Assembly (NCBI GenBank): GCA_963782115.1
Contig: CAWAIK010000003.1
Coordinates: 96,001-160,000 of the forward strand
DNA: 64,000 nt
Direction: 5' to 3'
DNA from: an uncultured Verrucomicrobiae bacterium
GTDB taxonomy: Bacteria; Verrucomicrobiota; Verrucomicrobiia; Chthoniobacterales; JAFAMB01
Numbering within the stretch: the first letter of the stretch is position 1; the number at the start of each line of letters is the position of its first letter. Position numbers and translations under genes: made by a program. Below are positions 24,092 to 35,329 of this stretch, one piece after another. The notes under the pieces are model-generated. The model made no database searches. It worked only from the letters and a program-made list of their open reading frames with translations, and was not told the DNA's origin.

Positions 24092-25168
24092 ATGAGTAAA
24101 CAAGAACTTGCAACCGTCGCCAAGGCTATGGTTGCTCCTGGCAAAGGCCTCTTGGCGATGGATGAGAGCAACCGCACCTGTAACAAACGGTTTGAAGATG
24201 TCGGGATCGCGCCGACTGTAGAAAATCGCCGTGCTTACCGAGAGCTGATCTTGACAACCCCCGGCTTGGGGACCTCGATCAGCGGCGCCATTTTGTATGA
24301 TGAGACGATACGTCAAGCCAAAAAAGACGGGACTCCGCTTATCAAGGTCATGACTAATGCAGGCATCATTCCAGGGATCAAAGTTGATACTGGAGCTAAA
24401 GATTTGGCAGGTCATCCCGATGAAAAGATCACCGAGGGGTTGGATGGGTTGCGGGAACGGCTTGCCGAGTATTACAAACTAGGAGCGCGTTTTGCCAAGT
24501 GGCGAGCCGTGATCAAAATCGGTGAAGGCATTCCGAGTCATGGTTGCATCGAGGCAAACGCCCACGCCTTAGCTCGTTACGCTGCTTTATGCCAGGAGGG
24601 AGGAGTCGTTCCGATCGTTGAGCCTGAGGTCCTGATGGATGGTGACCATACCATCGGGAGGTGCTACGAGACGACTGAGAAAGTCCTGCGCGCGGTTTTC
24701 AATCAGCTTTACGCTCAACGGGTGGCTTTTGAGCTTATGATTCTGAAGCCTAACATGGTGATGCCCGGTAAAGAATGCCCTAAGCGAGCCGATGTTGCAC
24801 AAGTAGCAGAAGCCACAGTGACCAGTCTTCTGAGGGCGGTTCCTGCTGCAGTGTGTGGGGTGGCGTTTTTGTCGGGTGGGCAGAGTAGCGCATTAGCATC
24901 TGCACACTTGAATGCCATGGATGGCAAGTTTGGCTCCAGGATACCCTGGCCACTGACATTTTCTTATGCTCGCGCCATCCAGCAACCAGCCCTGCAGCTT
25001 TGGCAGGGGCTAGATGCCAACGCGAAAATTGCCCAGGACGCTTTGCTTTATCGAGCGAAGTGCAACAGCGCTGCGAGACAGGGCAAGTATCGTGAGGAGA
25101 TGGAACATGCTGAACCGGCGCTGGTTGGTTCTGAGGGTCTACATTCACACCTGAGTAGTCAGGACTAG
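24092..25168 (+). CDS. Class I fructose-bisphosphate aldolase
   Basis: [30 protein letters not shown] and FSYARA. Confidence 0.95.
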   Translation: MSKQELATVAKAMVAPGKGLLAMDESNRTCNKRFEDVGIAPTVENRRAYRELILTTPGLGTSISGAILYDETIRQAKKDGTPLIKVMTNAGIIPGIKVDTGAKDLAGHPDEKITEGLDGLRERLAEYYKLGARFAKWRAVIKIGEGIPSHGCIEANAHALARYAALCQEGGVVPIVEPEVLMDGDHTIGRCYETTEKVLRAVFNQLYAQRVAFELMILKPNMVMPGKECPKRADVAQVAEATVTSLLRAVPAAVCGVAFLSGGQSSALASAHLNAMDGKFGSRIPWPLTFSYARAIQQPALQLWQGLDANAKIAQDALLYRAKCNSAARQGKYREEMEHAEPALVGSEGLHSHLSSQD

Positions 25169-25176
25169 GAAGAGCC

Positions 25177-27696
25177 ATGAATCCATCCACAAAGACATCA
25201 TTAGATTCTGGATGCCAGAACTCAGTCATCGAGGACGTTCGCACTGGTTTGACTGTAGAAAACCTCAAACGAGCCCTTGCGGATAACCTTTTCTATGCGC
25301 AAGGCAAGTTTCCAGCGATCGCCACGAAGAATGATTTCTACATGGCGCTGGCGTATACTGTGCGCGATCGTCAGTGGCATCGCTGGATCAATACAATAGA
25401 AACCTACCTTAAACAAAAAGAACCTAAAGTCGTCTGTTATTTATCTGCGGAGTTCCTGTTGGGACCGCGCCTGGGAAACAGCTTGGTCAATTTAGGTATC
25501 TACAATGAAGTGTGCCAAGCGGTTGAGGAATTGGGACTGGATCTGAACGAATTGCTCGAACAAGAAGCCGAACCCGGCCTGGGCAATGGGGGGTTGGGAC
25601 GGCTTGCCGCCTGCTATATGGACTCCCTATCAACTCTGGAAATCCCCGCAATCGGCTACGGCATCCGCTACGAATTCGGTATTTTTAGCCAGGAGATTCA
25701 GGATGGCTGGCAGATTGAAATCGCAGACAAATGGTTGCGCCTGGGCGACCCATGGGAACTCCCTCGTCCAGAGTCAGCCGTCGATGTGAACTTCGGCGGT
25801 CATACAGAAGCATATACTGACGATCAAGGCCGGTATCGGGTGCGCTGGATTCCTGCGCAGGTGGTGAAAGGTGTTCCGCACGATATGCCTATCCTTGGAT
25901 ATAAGGTCAACACCGCCAATACCCTGCGTCTGTGGAAAGCGGAAGCACGTGAATCCTTCGACTTTCAGGAGTTTAACGTGGGTGACTACTACGGCGCTGT
26001 CCACGACAAGGTGGTGACAGAGAACATCACAAAAGTCCTCTATCCAAACGATGAGCCTGTCCAAGGGAAGCAATTGCGTCTGGAGCAACAATATTTCTTC
26101 GTTTGCTGTTCCCTGCAAGACATGATCCGTATACACTTGCACACAGGAGGGAGCTTAAACAACTTCCACGAAGCATTTGCCGTACAGCTGAATGATACCC
26201 ATCCATCGATTGGAGTTGCCGAGCTCATGCGTTTGCTGGTGGATGAGCATCAGATTGACTGGGATGAGGCTTGGGACATCACCCGAAAAACGTTTGCTTA
26301 CACCAACCACACGCTGCTGCCGGAAGCCCTGGAAAAGTGGCCGATCAATTTGTTTGGGAGCCTTTTGCCCCGGCATCTAGAAATTATTTACGAGATCAAT
26401 CGCCGCTTCTTGGATCAGGTGCGCCTGAAATTTGGCGACGACCTATCGCGTATTGCCCGGATGTCGTTGATTGACGAAGGCGGCGAAAGATATGTTCGGA
26501 TGGCTTATCTTGCCACGGTTGGCAGCCATAAAGTCAATGGAGTGGCCGAACTCCATTCCCAGCTTCTGAGGGAAACCACCCTGCACGACTTCTTTGAGCT
26601 CTGGCCGGAGAAATTTCTGAACATCACGAACGGCGTTACTCCGCGCCGCTTCGTGGTATCAAACAATCCTCGGCTGGCCAGCTTGGTGACCCGGAGGATT
26701 GGCGATGGCTGGATCAAACAGTTGGACGATCTCCGCAACCTGGAAGGATTGGTGGAAGACGCGGGATTCTGCAGTGAGTACCAGGACGCTAAACAAGCGA
26801 ATAAGCAAGATCTAGCCGATTACATCCACGCGCAGACCGGTATCGCCGTGAATCCGGAATCGATGTTTGATGTGCAGGTCAAACGCTTGCATGAATATAA
26901 GCGGCAACATCTGGGCCTGCTGCACGTTATCACGCTGTATAACCGCATTAAGCGCCATCGCCATACCGAGATTGTGCCGCGTACCTTTATTTTTGGGGGT
27001 AAGGCCGCGCCCGGCTATTTCATGGCCAAGCTAATCATTAAGTTGATTAACTCGGTGGGAGAAGTCGTAAACAACGACCCCGATGTAGGCGATCGGCTCC
27101 GGGTGGTCTTCTTGCCTAACTACAACGTTAAACAAGCGCGATGGATCTATCCTGCGGCGAATCTATCAGAACAAATTTCCACGGCGGGTTACGAAGCTTC
27201 CGGTACGAGCAATATGAAGTTTGCACTGAACGGAGCTTTGACGATCGGGACATTGGACGGCGCCAACATTGAAATCCGCCAAGCAGTTGGCGAAGAGAAC
27301 TTTTTCCTATTCGGATTAACCGCGGAAGAAGTCCGCGCAAAACGAACTGCCGGCTATCAACCGTGGGATTACTACTGTTCTAACCCGGAACTGCGAGAGG
27401 CGATTGATGCAATAAGTTCTGGACGCGTTTCCCGCGGCGACAGCAACTTGTTCAAGCCGCTGGTAGACTCGCTTATGAAATACGACCCATACCTGGTTTT
27501 CGCGGATTACGAAGCGTATATAAAATGCCAGGAACTGGTCAGTGAGGCGTATAAGGATCGAGAAAACTGGACGCGGATGTCCATTCTCAATACAGCCCGA
27601 ATGGGCAAATTTTCGTCTGATCGTGCGATTCGGGAGTACTGCGAGAAAATCTGGAACGCTAAACCAGTCAGGGTTGAACTCGAAGAATATGTTTAG
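25177..27696 (+). CDS. glgP: Glycogen/alpha-glucan phosphorylase
   Basis: [22 protein letters not shown] and EASGTSNMK. Confidence 0.96.
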   Translation: MNPSTKTSLDSGCQNSVIEDVRTGLTVENLKRALADNLFYAQGKFPAIATKNDFYMALAYTVRDRQWHRWINTIETYLKQKEPKVVCYLSAEFLLGPRLGNSLVNLGIYNEVCQAVEELGLDLNELLEQEAEPGLGNGGLGRLAACYMDSLSTLEIPAIGYGIRYEFGIFSQEIQDGWQIEIADKWLRLGDPWELPRPESAVDVNFGGHTEAYTDDQGRYRVRWIPAQVVKGVPHDMPILGYKVNTANTLRLWKAEARESFDFQEFNVGDYYGAVHDKVVTENITKVLYPNDEPVQGKQLRLEQQYFFVCCSLQDMIRIHLHTGGSLNNFHEAFAVQLNDTHPSIGVAELMRLLVDEHQIDWDEAWDITRKTFAYTNHTLLPEALEKWPINLFGSLLPRHLEIIYEINRRFLDQVRLKFGDDLSRIARMSLIDEGGERYVRMAYLATVGSHKVNGVAELHSQLLRETTLHDFFELWPEKFLNITNGVTPRRFVVSNNPRLASLVTRRIGDGWIKQLDDLRNLEGLVEDAGFCSEYQDAKQANKQDLADYIHAQTGIAVNPESMFDVQVKRLHEYKRQHLGLLHVITLYNRIKRHRHTEIVPRTFIFGGKAAPGYFMAKLIIKLINSVGEVVNNDPDVGDRLRVVFLPNYNVKQARWIYPAANLSEQISTAGYEASGTSNMKFALNGALTIGTLDGANIEIRQAVGEENFFLFGLTAEEVRAKRTAGYQPWDYYCSNPELREAIDAISSGRVSRGDSNLFKPLVDSLMKYDPYLVFADYEAYIKCQELVSEAYKDRENWTRMSILNTARMGKFSSDRAIREYCEKIWNAKPVRVELEEYV

Positions 27697-27765
27697 GGCG
27701 ACTCGACTGGAAAGGGACAACACCCCACAAGTGCAGAGCTATCAATCGACTGTGAGGGAGGTAAG

Positions 27766-28404
27766 GTGAGCCTGACACTCTATTTTCTGCGCCATGGTGA
27801 GACCGCTTACAGCAAGACCGGCTCCTACTGTGGAGAAGTGGATGCCGAACTGACGCCGGAGGGCGTTCGCATGGCAAAAGCGTTCGCCGATGTTTATCGT
27901 TTAGTGGCATGGACGGCTGTTTATGTCAGTCCGATGAAACGCACCATCGCAACCGCACAGCCATTGTGTGACGCGCTTGGTTTGAAGATGCAACTGCGAG
28001 CCGGACTTGAAGAGATCCACTACGGGAAGTGGGAAGATAAGACGATTGACTTTGTGAAACAACACTATTGGGATGACTACATCCATTGGCTGGCTGAACC
28101 TGCCTGGAACCCGCCGACTGGAGGTGAAACTTCGGTAGAGATTGCGGCTCGAGCATCGCTGGTGATCGCGGAGATTCAGCAAAAGTATACGACGGGGAAT
28201 GTCCTGGTTGTGTCTCACAAAGGAACGATCCGAATTGTTCTCTGTGACCTGTTGGGCATCGATCTCGGGCGATATCGAGATCGGATCGATATGCCGGCTG
28301 GCTCGGTGACCGTGGTTAAGTTTGACCTGCACGGGCCGCTACTGCAGGAACTGGGTAACCGCGCTTATATGAGCGAAGACCTGCGTTCCCGGCCGGGGAC
28401 GTAG
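27766..28404 (+). CDS. Histidine phosphatase (phosphoglycerate mutase family)
   Basis: YFLRHGET, SPMKR and VVSHKG. Confidence 0.9.
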   Translation: MSLTLYFLRHGETAYSKTGSYCGEVDAELTPEGVRMAKAFADVYRLVAWTAVYVSPMKRTIATAQPLCDALGLKMQLRAGLEEIHYGKWEDKTIDFVKQHYWDDYIHWLAEPAWNPPTGGETSVEIAARASLVIAEIQQKYTTGNVLVVSHKGTIRIVLCDLLGIDLGRYRDRIDMPAGSVTVVKFDLHGPLLQELGNRAYMSEDLRSRPGT

Positions 28405-28461
28405 ACAAGGATGAACGGAGTAGCCGCAGACGGTGCCGTCGAATCTTCGTGTGACCTTGCC

Positions 28462-28696
28462 ATGAAAATCTTAGTTCTGAACGCGGGATCGAGCAGCCAA
28501 AGACCTGTCTTTATGAGTTCGAGGCGGAAGCGCTGGCGGCTCCTTCGCAGCCGCTTTGGGAAGCCGAGATTGATTGGACGCGTCACCAGGGCTGGCGGAG
28601 ATCGCGGCTCCTGACTCAAACGTGCGAGTGTTAGTTATTCATACCGAAGAAGATTGGGAGATCGCCCGCGAATGCTGTAAACTCACTCATTGCTGA
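28462..28696 (+). pseudogene. ackA: Acetate kinase with a large internal deletion
   Basis: N-terminus MKILVLNAGSSS joined near 28616 to the C-terminus VRVLVIHTEEDWEIAREC. Confidence 0.85.
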
Positions 28697-28709
28697 AAGG
28701 AACTAACCC

Positions 28710-28991
28710 ATGGAAATCTCTGTACTCGCAGGCAGGCCTGGCCCGAAGAACCTGTTAGTACCATCGCACAACCCGCCTGAAGATGGCGGCTTCAAGTATA
28801 ACCCTCCGAATGGTGGCCCTGCGGACACGGACGTGACTCGGTGGGTTCAGGATCGAGCGAATGAGCTTTACGCCGAGAGCTTTAAGGACCAAGCGCACCT
28901 GGACGCAATTTTGAGCGAAGCCAGGGAGACGGTGAACAACGCGCTGAACTCGACTCCTCGACATGGCGGACAAGCGGCAGGACGACCATGA
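28710..28991 (+). pseudogene. pgm: Phosphoglucomutase reduced by two in-frame deletions
   Basis: N-terminus [10 protein letters not shown], active site [16 protein letters not shown] and C-terminus [11 protein letters not shown], all within 93 aa. Confidence 0.85.
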
Positions 28992-29802
28992 GCGACGCCA
29001 GCGGTTCAAGAGGCTTCATTCCGTTCGCACCGCAGTACCGTGCCTCGGGAGTGCTGTTGCATGTTTCGTCGCTGCCTTCCCCCTATGGTATTGGCGATAT
29101 GGGGCCCGCTGCGTTAGCGGCGGTGGATCGCCTCAAGGCAGCACGCCAGAGCTGGTGGCAGGCGCTGCCCCTCGGCCCCACTGGTTACGGCAACTCGCCC
29201 TACCAATGCTTATCTTCATTCGCGGGCAACGGACTGCTCATCAGCCCAGATTGCCTGATCGAAGAAGGACTTTTGCGAGCCGGCGATTGCGACGAGGGGC
29301 GTTCCTTGCCGAAAAACGCCGTTGAATACAACGCGGTCATCCCCTTTAAGTACAAGTTGCTTGCGATGGCCTGGAGCAACTTCAGCTCCACCCGGCGCTC
29401 GGCCCTTCGCGTCGACTATGACCAGTTTTGTGTCGATCAGGCGCCTTGGTTGGATGACTACGCTTTGTTCCGAGCGCTGAAAGCCAGGCATGGCGGTGCT
29501 TACTACCTCCGTTGGCCGGAGGAATTTGTCCGCCGTGAGCCTGCAGCCCTGGCCCGAGCACGGGGCGACCTGGCGGAACTGATCGAACAGGTTCGATTCG
29601 CGCAGTTCCTGTTGTTCCGCCAGGGCAGGCGCCTGAGGGAATATGCCCGCGCCGCCGGTGTCCGCCTCATCGGTGACCTGCCCTTTTTCGTTTCGCCCGA
29701 CTCGAGCGACGTATGGGCCAACCCAGACCTGTTTCTGCTGGATGAAGACCGGCGGCCGCAGTTCGTTGCCGGCGTACCCCCCGATTATTTCAGCGCACAG
29801 GG
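28988..29802 (+). pseudogene. malQ: 4-alpha-glucanotransferase, C-terminal half deleted
   Basis: RASGVLLHVSSLP, WQALPLGP and IGDLPFFV. Ends at AGVPPDYFSAQG. Confidence 0.9.
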
Positions 29803-29955
29803 GACATGAACATCCTTTGCATGGGTGGACGAACGGTGGGCCCTGCGGTGGCCTGGGATCTCGTCCAAACGTTTTTGGCCGCCGAGTTCAGTCAAGCCGA
29901 GCGGCATCTGCGACGCCTGGGCAAAGTGACTTCCATGGAGGCAGGAAAGGAATAG
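29803..29955 (+). pseudogene. rpiB: Ribose-5-phosphate isomerase B C-terminal remnant
   Basis: DMNILCMGGRTVGPAVAWDLVQTFLAAEFSQAERHLRRLGKV. Confidence 0.8.
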
Positions 29956-29975
29956 AAAACCGAAAAGAGAGTACC

Positions 29976-30377
29976 ATGTCAGCCGACAAAACTGTTCAAC
30001 TGGCGATCAACACAATTCGCTCGCTCGCAATCGACGCGATCCAGAAGGCGAACTCCGGTCATCCCGGCACGCCGCTGGACGCCGCTCCGACCGCGTATAC
30101 GTTGTGGCAGCAAGTTCTGCAATTGTTCGATGAACAAGATCAGCAATACCAGGACAGCGTGCTGCCGCCATCGGTAACGGCACGCGTAACGGTGGAGGAG
30201 GCTTCGCCGATTGGCTGGGAGCGATACGCCGGACGCGACGGCGCGGTGCTGGGTATGCGCACCTTTGGCATGTCGGCCCCGATGAAAATAGTGGCCGAAC
30301 ATTTTGGCTTTACTCCTGACCATGTAGCGGCGGTCGCGAAAGAGGTCGTAGCTCGCTGCCAGGGGAGGGCAGGCTGA
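29976..30377 (+). pseudogene. tkt: Transketolase with an in-frame internal deletion
   Basis: INTIRSLAIDAIQKANSGHPG fused near 30120 to LFDEQDQQYQDSVLP...FGMSAP...FGFT. Confidence 0.88.
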
Positions 30378-30402
30378 ACACGGCGGCGCCGGGGCAATGC
30401 CG

Positions 30403-31883
30403 ATGCGCGCCTGGCCTGGTCGCCCCTATCCGCTTGGAGCCACACGCTCGGCTTCTTTGCACCCGATCCGCGCTACGCCGCGGCGGGACCGAATTGGGCG
30501 GTGCAGGAGTTCAAGTCGATGGTTCGCACGTTGCACTCCGCGGGAATCGAAGTCATTCTTGACGTCGTTTACAACCACACTCGGAGGGTGACCATCTTGG
30601 CCCTACAGTCTCGATGCGCGGCATCGACAACGCGGCCTACTACCGCCTCGCCGGCGACGCCCGGTACTACGTCGATTTCACCGGCTGCGGCAACTCGCTT
30701 AATGTCTCCCATCCGACCGTGCTCAAACTCATTATGGATAGCCTGCGTTACTGGGTATCGGAGATGCGTGTGGATGGTTTTCGCTTCGATCTGGCCAGCG
30801 CCCTGGCCCGCCAGTTGTTTGAGGTAGATCGACTTGGCGCCTTTTTCGACATCATCCACCAGGATCCGGTGATCTCACAGGTAAAGCTGATCGCCGAGCC
30901 CTGGGACCTCGGGCCGGGCGGTTATCAGGTTGGAAATTTCCCGGTGCTCTGGTCGGAGTGGAATGGTAAGTATCGTGATTGCGTGCGGCGCTTTTGGAAA
31001 GGCGACGGCGGCACGGTCGCGGAGCTGGCCACGCGTCTCTCAGGTAGCAGCGATCTTTATCAGAAGACCAGTCGCAAGCCCAGCGCAAGCCTGAATTTTG
31101 TGACCTGTCATGACGGCTTTACGCTTCGCGATCTCGTCAGCTATCAAAGCAAGCACAACGAAGCCAATGGCGAGAACAATCGCGATGGCACGGATCAGAA
31201 CAATAGTTGGAATTGCGGCGTCGAAGGTCCAACCGACGACCCGTCGATCAATGCGCTACGGGGCCGACAGCAACGCAATTTTCTCGCTACTCTCTTCCTC
31301 TCCCAGGGTGTGCCGATGCTTCTGGCTGGCGACGAGTTAGGCCACACGCAATTGGGGAACAACAACGCATATTGCCAGGACTCGCCGCTCACCTGGCTCA
31401 ACTGGGACCTCACGCCGGAACAACGAGAGCTCCTGGAGTTTGTCCGAGGACTAATGAAATTGCGCAACCAGGATCCCGCCTTTCGGCGCCGTCATTTTTT
31501 TTCAGGGTAGGCCGATTCATGGTCTCGATGTCAAAGACCTGTACTGGCTCACGCCTGCCGGAACTGAAATGTCAGACCAGGACTGGAATGCCGGAGATGC
31601 CCGCTGCTTCGGTATGGGCCTGCTGGGTGGTCAGATCGACGAAACCAATGAACAAGGCGAGCGGATTGTGGGCGACTCATTCCTTATCCTGCTCAATGCA
31701 CACCATGAATGCGTCTCGTTTCGCCTCAGTGCCCGCGCACGCGATCAGAACTGGGAACTGGTATTCGACACGTCGAGTGCAAGCATGGCCCGCCGCCTAC
31801 TCGGGCGCTTGGCCGAATACCCGCTGCAGGCCCGGTCGGTCGCGGTATTGCGTCCCGAGCCTGCAATGCCTCACAAATCGTGA
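30403..31883 (+). pseudogene. glgX: Glycogen debranching enzyme, deleted and frameshifted
   Basis: [11 protein letters not shown], then a jump to GFFAPD. Also [20 protein letters not shown] and CHDGFTL. Confidence 0.92.
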
Positions 31884-31984
31884 GAGATTTGTGAGGCAAA
31901 TAAGCAATTAGCTTAGCGCAGCGAAATCTCGAGGCATCCGCACACACCCGTGGGACGCGGAATATCCTGGAAGGTAGCCGGCGT

Positions 31985-32145
31985 TTACCTGAAGAGACAG
32001 GAGAAATCAGTGTGATGCTCCCTTTTTCTACAAGGTAAGCTGTCTGCTCAGACAGGTTGATGATCACCTTCGTCTCTGAAGCCGCCACCACGCTTGACCA
32101 GACGATCGCTGGTAGCGCGATTACCAATCGTATAAACATTTTCAT
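31985..32145 (-). pseudogene. L,D-transpeptidase-like N-terminal fragment
   Basis: Signal peptide followed by KVIINLSEQTAYL...ISPVSSGK. Confidence 0.6.
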
Positions 32146-32339
32146 ATGCCAAGGGTTGTGCTGTAACTTAACTACTCTGGATTTGGAAAGCCTCTTGCAG
32201 CAGTGTGCAGGGAAGGCGTTGGGGTCTCAGTTGCGCCTTGAACGCTCCCATTTTTGCTGACGTGTGGGCGGGAATCAGACCCGGTAATTGCTGGTAAATA
32301 GTTATTAAAGGGCCCGCAAAAAGGACACCAGTAAGCGAC

Positions 32340-32374
32340 TGAACAACTCTCAGTGCGGGACTGAATTCGTTTCA
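32340..32374 (+). promoter_or_regulatory. Paired LysR-type boxes
   Basis: TGAACAACTCTCA (32340) and TGAATTCGTTTCA (32362), followed by CTTT. Confidence 0.68.
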
Positions 32375-32443
32375 CTTTTCAGAATGTTAAGCCCCTGTAT
32401 CGTTCCCTTTATAAGCGAATTTTAATGCTCCTGAGTTTATCAC

Positions 32444-33400
32444 ATGTCTAAGAATCGTACTGGATTATCATCGATATTACTGAGCTACTCCGAGATATTT
32501 GCCATTGTCGGAGACATCGTTCGAGTCAAAGTTCCAGAAGAGGAAAGCGGTAACGGTATTTCTCCGTGTTTGGAAGACCTTGCCGTGCTGGAGGCGGTGG
32601 ATGGCAACCTCTCTCTGGCGCAGGTCATCGGCATCAAGCGCGACGTCGTGGCTCTTCAGGTCTTTAATGGAACTCGAGGGATCTCGACCAATTCCATCGT
32701 ACGTTTTCTCGGGCACCCGATGCAGGCCAGTTACTCCGGCAACATCTTCGGCCGGGTGTTCCGCGGCACTGGAGAACCGATCGACGGCGGGCCGGACCTT
32801 CCAAACGATCCGAAAGTGACCATCGGCGGTCCTTCCGTTAACCCGATGCGACGGGTCTTGGCCTCCAAAATGATCCGTACTAACGTGCCGATGATCGACG
32901 TCTTTAATTGTCTGGTGGAAAGCCAGAAGATTCCGATCTTCTCCGTCTCAGGCGAGCCTTTCAATCAGTTGTTCGACAAGAATGTCGCGCCGGGCTGGGC
33001 CGATCGCGTGCTCGCCATGCTGGAACTTCTCCGGCGCGGCAACGACGTTGCCCAGATGATGCAGGTGACAGGCGAAGAGGGTGTTAGTCTGGAAGATCAT
33101 CTGGTCCACCAAAAATCACTTTTCCTTGACATGGTCTATCTGCAGCAAGACGCCTTCGATCAGGTCGACTCCAGTGCACCTCTCCCGCGGCAAAAACGGA
33201 CATTCGACCTGGTGTTTGATCTCGTTTATCGGCCGTATCAGTTCAAGGATAAATCAGCAATTCGCGATTATTTTGTACGCCTTATCGGCCTATTCAAGAA
33301 CCTGAACTATTCTCAAGAGGAGACCTCGCAGTACAAGGAATTCCTCGGCAAGATTCAGGAACTCGCAGGTTCGACCGCGAACCAGATCGCCAAGTCTTAA
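32444..33400 (+). pseudogene. V/A-type ATPase chimera: subunit B N-terminus fused in frame to subunit A C-terminus
   Basis: B-like MIRTNVPMIDVFNCLVESQKIPIFSVSGEP, then from about 32970 A-like QMMQVTGEEG...VYLQQDAFD. Confidence 0.8.
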
Positions 33401-33404
33401 TGAA

Positions 33405-34316
33405 ATGAAAAAGAGCGAAATCATAGACAGGTCACGCAAATTCGCAGAGCCTTACTGCGTCTCTAGTGGTAAAAAATTCCGGCTCAAGGATTTCGATCCT
33501 GCCGGTACGGGCAAAGCCACGTCTGAAGACAAACCAAGGGCGAAGGAATTGCTGGAAACTGGCATTCAAGCACTTGCGGAATTACAGGACGTGCTCTACG
33601 CGCAGGACCGGTGGTCGCTCCTGTTGATCTTTCAGGCGATGGATGCGGCGGGAAAAGATGGCGCGATCAAGCACGTTATGTCCGGCGTTAATCCACAGGG
33701 TTGCCAAGTCTATTCATTTAAGAGTCCATCGGCAGAAGACATCAATCACGACTATCTCTGGCGGTGCATGAAATGTCTGCCCGAACGCGGGCGGATCGGC
33801 ATTTTCAACCGCAGCTACTACGAAGAAACGCTGGTCGTCCGCGTGCATCCCGAGTTGCTGGCAAAACAGAAAATCCCGCAGCAGCTCATAACCAAGGACA
33901 TCTGGGAGGAGCGCTACCATGACATCCGCCACTTCGAGCGCTATCTCACGCGCAACGGCGTCGTCATTCGAAAGTTTTTTCTACACGTCTCCGCAGAGGA
34001 ACAGAAGAAACGTTTCCTTGAGCGACTCGATAATCCAGCGAAGAACTGGAAGTTCTCGTCTGGGGATTCGCGCGAGCGCAACTTTTGGAAGGAATACATG
34101 GAAGCCTACGAAGATATGATCTGCAACACGGCGACCGATTACGCGCCGTGGTATGTGGTACCCGCAGACAACAAGTGGTTTACGCGGGTCGTCGTCGCGG
34201 CCGCTGTCATCGACGCGATCGCATCACTGAACCTCCAGTATCCCGAAGTCACTGAAGCACAGCGCAAGGAACTCGCTGCGGCGAACGAAGCACTTATGGC
34301 GGGTGACGAACTTTGA
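33405..34316 (+). CDS. ppk2: Polyphosphate kinase 2 family protein
   Basis: Same motifs as the gene at 13833, a close paralogue. Confidence 0.94.
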   Translation: MKKSEIIDRSRKFAEPYCVSSGKKFRLKDFDPAGTGKATSEDKPRAKELLETGIQALAELQDVLYAQDRWSLLLIFQAMDAAGKDGAIKHVMSGVNPQGCQVYSFKSPSAEDINHDYLWRCMKCLPERGRIGIFNRSYYEETLVVRVHPELLAKQKIPQQLITKDIWEERYHDIRHFERYLTRNGVVIRKFFLHVSAEEQKKRFLERLDNPAKNWKFSSGDSRERNFWKEYMEAYEDMICNTATDYAPWYVVPADNKWFTRVVVAAAVIDAIASLNLQYPEVTEAQRKELAAANEALMAGDEL

Positions 34317-34639
34317 AGTTTAATCTTAGCGTAAAACCAGAAGCAGCGCCAGATGTTAATGTAGTTGGTCGGTGAGACCAGGAGGACTTCCCTTAGGTGA
34401 AATTAATCCCGACAAAGGCCCACTTTATGAAATTAGGTAGTATAAGTATTATGCTGTTGGGGATAGTTGGTTACTTCCTGCTAGTAAGCTTTTGTTGTAG
34501 TTAGTCATTCAACTGTCTCCATCTGTGGGGAAAAGGCCTCGGAAACTCGAATGGATATTCGTGTCAACAAGAACCTTCACTTCGGGAGCGAAACCCGCGC
34601 TGATCCACAGAGCTCCGACCGAGCAGCTAAATCAATCAG

Positions 34640-34673
34640 TGAACTGAATTCAGTTACAAATGAACACCTTTCA
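34640..34673 (+). promoter_or_regulatory. Paired LysR-type boxes
   Basis: TGAACTGAATTCA (34640) and TGAACACCTTTCA (34661). Confidence 0.65.
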
Positions 34674-34741
34674 CTTGGCAGGCGGGCGGAAATCCGTAGA
34701 GATTGAAGGACGAACAAAAAAGTGAATAAAGAGAGGATCGA

Positions 34742-35089
34742 ATGGCAATTACACGTGACCTGATGGATATCACGAGAATCCAGCGAACAATGAGAGTCTT
34801 TCCGTACGAGGAAGCCAAGGCAGCAGCCAAGCGTTTCCTCGAAGAATCAATGATAGAATCAGAGGTGCTCACGGACTGGGATTCATCTTTCGCAAAGTAC
34901 ATCGAGGAACGCAAGAACTCGAAGCTGCTCTTCTGTTGGTACGCACAAGGTGTGGCAATTGTTTTCAGCCCGTCTGATCATCACGGTGTCTGGGCTTTGC
35001 AGCGGGAAGGGATCACTGGGAAAGGGGTGCTACCCGAATATGCGCTGGAGATTGTGGAACGCATAGCTAAAGAAAAGGCACTAGCCTAG
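34742..35089 (+). CDS. Uncharacterised 115-aa protein (copy C)
   Basis: Intact paralogue of the ORF at 15093. Confidence 0.8.
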   Translation: MAITRDLMDITRIQRTMRVFPYEEAKAAAKRFLEESMIESEVLTDWDSSFAKYIEERKNSKLLFCWYAQGVAIVFSPSDHHGVWALQREGITGKGVLPEYALEIVERIAKEKALA

Positions 35090-35104
35090 CCCAACGCATC
35101 CAAA

Positions 35105-35190
35105 GTTCTCAAGATCCGACAGGCCTCGGTATTGTCGCGCAGATCGATGAGCTTTTTGGCATCGATGCCCAGGCGCGCGACAAGGACTAA
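35105..35190 (+). mobile_element. IS66-family transposase remnant
   Basis: GIVAQIDELFGIDAQARDK, in the same position as in the first module copy. Confidence 0.5.
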
Positions 35191-35199
35191 ACCAAGGAG

Positions 35200-35329
35200 A
35201 TCGTCAGCTTCTACGAATATGAGAACAAAGGTTGAGCGTGAGACACGAAAACTTGAGGAAGTTAGTCATGCCTTTGAGGACGTCGAGAGCGGTAAGGCGA
35301 AGGCCCGTCTAGTTTTCGATTTTCGATAA
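35200..35329 (+). pseudogene. Zn-dependent alcohol dehydrogenase C-terminal remnant
   Basis: ETRKLEEVSHAFEDVESGKAKARLVFDFR*. Confidence 0.65.
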
